DNA of 64,000 nt. Source: Phocaeicola dorei. GTDB taxonomy: Bacteria; Bacillota_I; Bacilli_A; RFN20; CAG-826. The first letter of the stretch is position 1. The number at the start of each line of letters is the position of its first letter. The translations under genes were made by a program, and so were the position numbers. Shown here one piece after another: positions 56,295 through 64,000 of this stretch. Where the stretch lies: assembly GCA_963632375.1 (NCBI GenBank), contig CAVGUB010000111.1, forward strand, positions 15,913 through 79,912. Direction: 5' to 3'. The notes under the pieces were generated by a model. The model saw only the letters and a program-made list of their open reading frames with translations. It had not been told where the DNA came from and did not search any database.

Positions 56295-59200
56295 TATTTT
56301 TTCAATTTAAAATGATTTCAATCATCATTTGTTTCTCCTATGTAAACACCCATAAGTTTTTGATCCTCATCTTTATATCCAACAACAGCGCCATATAATA
56401 ACCTATCACTTACTCACAAACTACTATCCTTATTTCAATTAAGTATATCCAAAATATATTTTTGTGTTGGTTCTACAATTCCACTTTGAGATTTATCGTA
56501 ATAATATGAACTGCCTGCATATAATGTTGTTTGATAAGAATCCGAAGTACATTGTTTATATTCAGTGTTAATTTTTGAATTTAAATTTTCAATTTCAGCT
56601 TTTATATTAACGAGTGATTCTTCTAACGAAGCCTTATTTGATAAACTAACATTGATTTCGGTATTGATAGAATCAAGAGTTATTGAATTTGGAAGAGTAG
56701 CTAATGTACTAACATGACTTAAATTATACGTATTTAGATCTGATAAATTTTCATCATTGGTTAATGCAAAAATATATTTATTACGTGACGTTTTATCTAT
56801 TAAATCAAAGCCTTCATAAGAGTATTTAACATTACCCATATTAATTTCTCCATCTAAAGATATATTATTCACCATTTGTTCTAATTTTAATGTAGGTGAA
56901 TTCAACGTAATAAATGAGCCATATACAACATGCTCATCATATGTCACTTTAATGAAATTCGATTTAAGTTTTTCAAAAAATGTATTTCAATTTGATTCAG
57001 CTTTATCGTCTTTTGTATCATCCCATTTTTGATTATCTGCCGAATAAAACACATAAAAAGGTGTATTGTTAGGACTTCTTAAAGTAATGCAATATAAGTG
57101 AATATTGTATTGTAGATTAGGCTGATATGCATGGGTTGCTTTTTGTGTCTCTGATTCCGCATCTCCACTAAAATTTCCAGGATAATAAAATGACATAGCT
57201 CAACAATTACTCTTTTCCGCAGCAATATTGAATGTAAAGATATTACATTTAATAATGTCATACGTTTGAAGATAATGTAGGAGAATATTATTTATATTAC
57301 TTGAAGAATCTGTATGATCATTATAAACACTAGAGGTTCCTTTTGGAACTTTTATAGATCATGTAGTATCAGCTCGGGTATCTCCTTGAAGAGTTAAATT
57401 AAAAGTAATTCCTTTATAAGCGTCTGATTTAAATGCGATATCACTTACGTAAGTACTGATTGTTAAAGGTGCTGTAGAAATATCATTTACCGTATAATCG
57501 CACAATTCCAATGTTCGAAGAATATTTGGCGTATATGTAATTTCCTTTGAATACTCATTTTCAATAGTTCTAGAATATATAGAACTTCCATCAGTTTTTT
57601 GTAAAGACCCTGTATATTTATCAAAATATAATTTTTGAGTAGAATCAAACGAATCAGTCAAAACAGCACCTTCCAATATAGAATCTCAAAGTGGACCATT
57701 CAACATTTTTACATCAGAATCACAATGTAAATTTAAAGTATAAGGAATACTTCAACGTAAATTAACTGATTTCCCTAAATCTCCAACTACATCAGAATCA
57801 ACAAATGTTTTATATTTTGTTATTGATCCACCATTTTTCCAAGCTAAATAAGCAGCGTTTTCTTCAAACTTCACATCGTCCTCACTCGCTACTTCATAGG
57901 ATTCTAGTTTTATTGTTTTGTTTTTTACATAGTCTTTATACTTATTAAACCAAGTATCAAACGGGATTTCATCATATTTAGCATCTTCAAAATCATTCAT
58001 TATTTCTGATGCTATAATTACTTTATATATTGTTTTCTTTATATAGTTTTCAAAATTCGCAATATCATCATCTGGAATTTTTTCACAGATATCAAAACGA
58101 ATACGATAGATGTTTTCAGGAAACAAATAATTTCATTCATCAATATAATGTCCAAACATTTCTACATGAACATAAGGAACCATTGAAATAGTTTCATTTG
58201 TATCAAATCCGTCTTTATTTCACGCCGCACAATAAAGTCTGTATGCTTTAGCTTCTGTTACAGTTCCGTCTTCAGCAGTAAATTCCATTCCAGTATAAAC
58301 TGGCTCAAATTGGGACGTTTTCTTATTGTATGCTTCAATAGTGTAATATAACTCAAGATTATCTTTTTGAGAAATTGAGTTAACTCCAAATGTATCAAAA
58401 TAAAGTGTTAGCGTATTAGAATTAGAATCAACTGTATATTTTCATGTTTGTGTTCCAATATTAATGTTATCGATACTGTTCATATTTTTCAAAACAAAAC
58501 TATATGATTGCCGCATATTATCATATACCATTTCTTTTAATATAGGAACAGCTTCAATCCTTATTTTTGAATCTGGCGTACATTCATCAAAATTAAAAGA
58601 TGTTGTAGCAATATATGATTTTGCTTTATTATACAAAGTGTATTCCCCATTTTCATTTAATGAAATAGTTTCTTCCTTTTTAAGTACATCATCGAGATAG
58701 ACTTCGTATTTTATTTGTAAATCTTCCCTAATTTTTGAAAAATCAGTACTTGTAAAAAGATTATCATAAGTTTGAATTGCAAATTTTATAATACCTGAAA
58801 CAGAACCATATGTGTGTCCTTCTTTATCGGTTTTTGTAAAAACATCTGTATTCAAAACAGGTGTAGTGATAAAGAAAGAATTTAATTCAGCGATTCTGTT
58901 TCTAATAATAAATCAACCAGGAATTTGTCAGGTTACTTTATGAGCTTCTTTACTTATTTTGACTTTATCAGAAATATCAAAAAGATTTTTATCAGAATCA
59001 AGAATATAATATTTAAGTTCTTGATATTCTGAATCTTCAACATCAAGTTCTAAAGAATACTCATCATTTGGATTTATAACATAATCATTAGTAAAAGGAT
59101 AAAAACTAATGTTTTTAATTTGTTTAATTAAGTCTGTATAATTACCTTTTAACTCAATTGTTTCAATATCTTGGGTATCTAACGGTTGTTCTACACGTAC

Positions 59201-59497
59201 ATCAGTTTTCGTAGAAGGATACGAACCTATTTCTGTCTCTTCCGTTAAAGGGTTGTATGAAACTATATATAAAATTCCTGCATATTCTTTTAAACCAATG
59301 GGAATAAATCCTTCTTTCAATTTACAGTTTGACAATGGATAATTACCCATATCGTTTTGTAAACTAAATTCATTTCCATTATATGTTATAATTGTTCCAT
59401 TTAAACAATCTGTAAGTACGTTGTTAGGTACATTAATCGGATTTAAATCCTTGATCATACCTTCTGATCATTGATTTTGTGCGGATTTTCTACCCAT
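56294..59497 (-). CDS. large tail/structural protein (1067 aa), family not recognised; about 14 in-frame TGA
   Basis: Track ORFs 56435.., 56987.., 57359.., 57752.., 58442.. and 58928.. share a frame, joined only by TGA. ATG is at 59497 (in-frame TAA at 59498). TAA at 56294 overlaps the next ATG. Confidence 0.75.
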
Positions 59498-60044
59498 TTA
59501 AATATGTTATTTTATTGTTATCGTCTCTTGTTGCAATTAAAGTGATATTACGTGTAGTATAATTTCTTTTACAGCAAAACATACCTTGGTCAGGCTCTCC
59601 AGTAAGTTCAAAAAGATATTTTAGTTTTTTACTATCACAAAATGGTTCTTTTTCAGCTTTATAAAGTTTTAACTTATCAAAGGTTATTTTGTTTTTAATT
59701 CTTCCAGATTTTTTAGGAATATATTTATCATATTCTTCTTGAGTAAATGCAAAATAGTATTTTCCATTTCAAATTTTGGTTTGATAAACATATAGAAGTC
59801 TCTGTTTTAGTTTATACTTTATGGATTTATATCTTTCCCAAAGATCCTTCTTTTTAAAGAGTTTCCCAATATAAGCACTAAATTTTCATTTCTTAGATGC
59901 CAGATACACATCAGCACCCTTATTTGAAAACAAATACATTGTCCTAAACCCTCGGGTGACAATATCTTTATAATCTTCAAAACAAAGATCTGGATAATAC
60001 TCTTTTACTTGCTCATAATAATCATCTATATATTTTAATTGCAT
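59490..60044 (-). CDS. hypothetical protein (184 aa); 2 in-frame TGA, TAG stop
   Basis: Not in the track. It runs from ATG 60044 (overlapping the upstream TAA) through two TGA to TAG 59490; the codon count is consistent with the coordinates. Confidence 0.6.
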
Positions 60045-60490
60045 TAGTAATATTGTTTTCCTTGGTTTACTTTATCTGTTATCATCTTCTTTAATTCAGA
60101 CGACACATAAATGAGTTTTTCTTTCATTTCACCTGCTTTACTTTTAAACTGAAACGTTAACCTATAAGCAGTAAAATTACTTGACAAGAGATCAACTTCA
60201 AGCATTCCACTCTTTTGTCGAATTTCTTGCAATCGATCACCTACAATAGGTTGCATATATATAACTCCATGTCGCTGATTGAATAAAGGTAATACAAATG
60301 TAATATTATTTTGAATGATATCCAAAAGTATGAGAAGGAATGTTAGATTGAAAACCTGAACACATAAATGCTTTTTGTTCTTTGCGCCATATTTGTCAGT
60401 CAATTTTCTAGGAAATTTTAGAGCCCTGGAATTAAATGTACTAAACAAATCACTACAAGATATTGCATGAAGAAATCTTTCAAGTCACAT
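60044..60490 (-). CDS. hypothetical protein (148 aa); 1 in-frame TGA
   Basis: Track ORF 60044..60448 extended upstream through a TGA to ATG 60490, which overlaps the upstream TAA. Confidence 0.55.
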
Positions 60491-61191
60491 TATAGAATAG
60501 GTTTTAATGATTTACCATAATTCTTTCTATCTCAACGATATTTAACATCCAAGATTGCGTCCATATCATTCTGGGATAAATGTTCTGGAATTCTTGCTGC
60601 ATTACAATTTTTAAGTCATTCAGCTTCAACTGATTGAACAAGTGCAAAAGCATATTTTGTTGTTGAACCTTTACGTAACATATCTTTCAACATTTCTCGT
60701 CATGCAACAAAAGACGCAATCGCTTTCATTTCTTTATCATTTATTAACGGAAGCCCTTCCTCATCATCACATAATATACCATGATATACAACCATTACAT
60801 TTTTAAAATCACGATCAAAATAAAGAACTCCGTCACCCTCTCTATATTTCACTAACTTACCTTTTGTATTAAATGGATTGTTTAACGAAGGTCAAGCATC
60901 AATATAATGTTCTGTTCAAACAGAATTCATATTTACATAATCATCTTTATTACTTGTAATAGTAGCATCTGTAACAGGAATGTGTACAGATTCTATAACA
61001 GATACGTTACACGGTAGTTCTAAAGCACCATCTTTTGTATCTCCTACATACCGATACAAACGAGTGTGTTTATTGTTAATTTTATCCCACGCCACAAGAG
61101 CAACATCTTCAAATGTATTTGGATCTGGCTCAATACCATATAGGGTTTGAACCATAGAATATGCTGATTTAAAATTGTATAATTTTGCCAT
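60490..61191 (-). CDS. virion-module protein (233 aa); 5 in-frame TGA
   Basis: Track ORF 60916..61191 continued in frame through TGA codons to TAA 60490. Confidence 0.7.
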
Positions 61192-61193
61192 AC

Positions 61194-61862
61194 TTAAACG
61201 GTTTTAGCTGCTGGAGGTGTTGCTACACGATATAATTGAATCTTGTTACTTAATACTCTAGTTCTCACTGCATCACTGATAGCTCCCATTTCCATATAAT
61301 CAACTTCATTACAGCAATTATATTGTTGTAATTGACGAGGATCTTTAAATATTCCAATTATTGCAATATACTGAATAAATGGAGCATTAAATATCCATCC
61401 ATCATACATTCCATTTTCATTAGGAGTTTTCTCGATATAAACATATGGTTTGTTCTTTGTGCGCTTCTTATACTTTTCATATTTGGTAGCTTCTAATGAG
61501 TAATATACTTTAAATGCATTACTTCTATCAGTTGCTCCAATATATAGTATTGCTTCAGAACCCAAACCACCCAATAACTGAGGTATTTCAAAATGTTTCG
61601 CCATCTGTGGATTAGCAATAGATGAACTACAAGCACATTTATTTTGATCTGCACAATCAACAGGAATACAATTAATCGCAACAGCTATATCTTTAATGTT
61701 GAGAAGATTTTTTAAATATAATTCTTTTATGATTGAAGCACGGCAATCTATGATCTCATCTTCTAATTGTTCAATAGAAATATGTTCACGGTCATTGAGT
61801 TTTATAACATTCCCCGCAAACAAATCGTTTACTATAGATGAAGCTATTTGATTAACAGTCAT
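61194..61862 (-). CDS. virion-module protein (222 aa); no TGA
   Basis: Uninterrupted ORF with ATG 61862 just downstream of a terminator; TAA 61194. Confidence 0.75.
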   Translation of the reverse strand: MTVNQIASSIVNDLFAGNVIKLNDREHISIEQLEDEIIDCRASIIKELYLKNLLNIKDIAVAINCIPVDCADQNKCACSSSIANPQMAKHFEIPQLLGGLGSEAILYIGATDRSNAFKVYYSLEATKYEKYKKRTKNKPYVYIEKTPNENGMYDGWIFNAPFIQYIAIIGIFKDPRQLQQYNCCNEVDYMEMGAISDAVRTRVLSNKIQLYRVATPPAAKTV

Positions 61863-61871
61863 ATTATTAAT

Positions 61872-61905
61872 TAAAAAAAGCGAGCGAGATTACCTCTCAC
61901 TCGCT
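61872..61905 (-). terminator. rho-independent terminator after the 269-aa structural gene
   Basis: On the minus strand: AGCGAGTGAGA-ggtaa-TCTCGCTCGCT (one mismatch) followed by TTTTTTT. Confidence 0.7.
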
Positions 61906-61928
61906 TTATTGATATATCTTAGTTAATG

Positions 61929-62738
61929 TTATGCTTGTTCAGGAGCAGGTGCAGATTTAAAGGTGCCAAATGCAGCTTCAAACTCTTCTTTAACACTTTC
62001 CGGTACATAGAACACATGAGTAGTAAGAGATTCTACAACCTGATTTACACCTGAAAGGCCACCGGGAACAGCTTTTGCAACTCTATATTGGAATGAGTAC
62101 ATATCATAAATCTGACCAGCAACAGGAGCTTCGTCTGCAAAGAGTGCAGAATATCTCATGTTTGGATATGAAGGGAAACGAAGGTTCTCACGAATCCACT
62201 CACCGGTTGCGAACGGAACGATACTAGATTTGATGTCAACAGCTCCAAGAGAAGAAACTTCCTCAGCACCAGCTTCAAGCGGTTTTACCTTCTCGTAATT
62301 AACTTCTGCAAAATCAAGATAAGGATCTGCAACTGTAAGAACAATGTTTTCACCCTCTACTTCAACTTTGAAAAGCTCATTACCAGGATTCAAAGCAAGC
62401 TCAATTGCTTTCTTTAAACCTGCTGCATCCTCAGCAGCTGACTCTACAATAACAGGCTTACCAAATTCCATATAATCAGGAAGTGCATACTCTGCAAACT
62501 CTCTTCTTGCATGAACAAAAATAGAAAGTCTTGCAACATATCCATCCTCTGGTTTAACGAATGCAAAAGTAGCAGTACCCGCTACACCTTCAACACCTTT
62601 TGCTACATACTTACTCTCACTATCAATTTTGTCAAGAACATATTTACCTGCTCTTTTTACAACGACTGCCGTATCAGCATCAACTTTCTTAATTAATCCC
62701 TTTTTGTTAAGGATTGTTTCGTGTATATAATTAAACAT
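61929..62738 (-). CDS. abundant virion structural protein candidate (269 aa), family not recognised; no TGA
   Basis: Uninterrupted ORF that is visibly more GC-rich, with different codon choice from its neighbours, and is immediately followed by a strong terminator. This fits a very highly expressed structural gene. Confidence 0.8.
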   Translation of the reverse strand: MFNYIHETILNKKGLIKKVDADTAVVVKRAGKYVLDKIDSESKYVAKGVEGVAGTATFAFVKPEDGYVARLSIFVHARREFAEYALPDYMEFGKPVIVESAAEDAAGLKKAIELALNPGNELFKVEVEGENIVLTVADPYLDFAEVNYEKVKPLEAGAEEVSSLGAVDIKSSIVPFATGEWIRENLRFPSYPNMRYSALFADEAPVAGQIYDMYSFQYRVAKAVPGGLSGVNQVVESLTTHVFYVPESVKEEFEAAFGTFKSAPAPEQA

Positions 62739-62752
62739 AATTTATTTTCAAT

Positions 62753-63649
62753 TTAGGATTTTTGAATACTTTGTTGAGCATATGCTTGTTGCATTGTATT
62801 GGAAATTGTGTTGTTTATAGGGATTACAGTTTGTAATCTTGGATCACTAGCATTTTCCATAACCAATCTAACAAGTATATTTATAATCTCAAAACAAACA
62901 TAATCTGGAAACTCTACAGTTTGTGAATTATCAACTGTATCGTCTATTTGGTCTTGTGTAAGATGAATATGCATTGGAGATTTTATATAGTCCACATAAA
63001 TATGTTTTGGCTCATATAAAGAAGTATCTCCCAATCTTAATTCCATTAAAACATCTTGAGAATTAGAACATCTGGAACCTTTTTCTTCGGTAGTATAAAT
63101 AAATGGATTTTTCAAATTTTCCAATGTATTTTCAATACTACTTTCAAGATCCTCGCCTTTATTTCCTCATTCTGTTTTGTTGTTTGTATAATTCAAATAA
63201 TAATAAGGTCTTTTATAAGACGGCTTCATGTATGCATTACCTATTATTGATGAAAACATGTCTGAAGTAAGCCTTCTTGCTGTGTAATATACTTGTGAAC
63301 CTTCTTTAATGCACCCTTTATTATTTGAAGCTTCATATTCAACTATACAATTAAGTAAATGCATATAATCCGAAGGTAATTTCACGTATCAAGAATTACT
63401 TAACATTCCTTCTGTTCCTAGTTCTGGTCTGTATTTATCAAATTTTTCAGGAACTAAAACGGTAGTTGCTTTTAAAACACGAATGTCATCAGTAGATTGT
63501 TGATCGATCTCCGATTTACTATACACAAGATTTATATATTGTTGAATCGCTTTATTAAGTAAATAATTAAAGTCCTCTATAAGTAAACTAGGGGCTTCCA
63601 ACTTATTTAATTCTATTAAAGTAAATTCATAAATGTCCCTAGAAGTCAT
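62753..63649 (-). CDS. virion-module protein (298 aa); 2 in-frame TGA
   Basis: Track ORFs 62753..63124, 63167..63385 and 63389..63649 share a frame; the junctions are TGA at 63167 and 63389. Confidence 0.75.
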
Positions 63650-63664
63650 TAATTGTTATTACTT

Positions 63665-64000
63665 TTATTTTGTGCCTTTTTTAGATGTAGAAGATGAAGC
63701 TTTTGCAATTTTTTCCTCCAATACATCTACCGGCGCAAATTCTGGATAAGTTTCAAATTTAATCTGGTCGAGAATAGCTTTACTTGTAGGCATTTTAAAG
63801 AACATGATTGTGGCATCATCCGTAGCACCAAGTACGGTATCAGAATACATAAACATACCATTTGTTCTTCTAATTACACCTCTTGCCTTTGCATCGATCA
63901 AAAGCAATTTAAGAGCCATATCTCCACTTGTATAAAGATCAATTATTTGATCTGGATTCTTTTGAGCAATCTGATAAAGATAATCCTCTACATCTGATGC
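63665..64000 (-). CDS. virion-module protein, 5' end probably beyond the window
   Basis: Track ORF 63665..63919 has its frame still open to position 64000 (ASDVEDYLYQIAQKNPDQIIDLYTSGD precedes the ATG at 63919). The alternative start is 63919. Confidence 0.6.
   Translation of the reverse strand, partial: ASDVEDYLYQIAQKNPDQIIDLYTSGDMALKLLLIDAKARGVIRRTNGMFMYSDTVLGATDDATIMFFKMPTSKAILDQIKFETYPEFAPVDVLEEKIAKASSSTSKKGTK

Noticed and set aside
19444-63649. Fragmented minus-strand ORFs could mean a decayed prophage, pseudogenes or sequencing frameshifts.
   Set aside because: Every break I read is a TGA and the frame never changes across a break. No TAA or TAG occurs in the gaps. Conserved motifs continue across the breaks. 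Random decay or indels would not produce this pattern.
1-64000. TGA read as Gly (code 25) or as selenocysteine instead of Trp.
   Set aside because: Recognisable sites are invariant Trp positions (WCGPC, FWMK of DUF192, YW of GIY-YIG). About 145 sites are far too many for Sec, and no SECIS-like context was evident.
1-64000. TAG reassignment (TAG to Gln), which is known in some crAss-like phages.
   Set aside because: TAG cleanly terminates genes at 5136, 11494, 18511 and 59490, directly before or overlapping the next start. I found no in-frame TAG in any gap of the giant genes.
1-64000. Integrated prophage or mobile-element boundaries (integrase, att sites, transposase).
   Set aside because: No recombinase-like ORF or flanking bacterial genes were seen. 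The window is uninterrupted phage-type coding sequence from edge to edge.

Overview
Strongly AT-rich, densely packed phage DNA in two convergent modules that meet at a bidirectional hairpin terminator near 19.4 kb. The plus strand (1-19.4 kb) is a replication and nucleotide-metabolism module: primase, nucleases, NrdD/NrdG, FTR-like protein, dUTPase, DNA ligase, thioredoxin, ThyX, a VWA plus AAA pair, and dNMP kinase. The minus strand (19.4-64 kb) is a late virion module dominated by giant genes. One is a 3366-codon gene carrying the beta-prime-like double-psi beta-barrel signatures (GARIPTQSMQSF, DYDID) described for the virion RNA polymerase of crAss-like (Crassvirales) podoviruses. The main observation is that the supplied standard-code ORF track is fragmented. 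Runs of consecutive fragments share one reading frame and are separated only by TGA. Reading TGA as Trp restores conserved motifs (WCGPC in thioredoxin, FWMK in DUF192, W in GIY-YIG, an intact ligase). It also fuses the fragments into genes of 1558, 3366, 2981, 622, 1480, 1497 and 1067 codons. TAA and TAG still terminate genes. No rRNA, tRNA, CRISPR array, integrase or transposase was seen. Merged gene boundaries were derived by hand: I read every inter-fragment gap in frame and cross-checked by codon counts against track coordinates. They should be confirmed by retranslation with genetic code 4. Functions are motif-level calls made without database searches.
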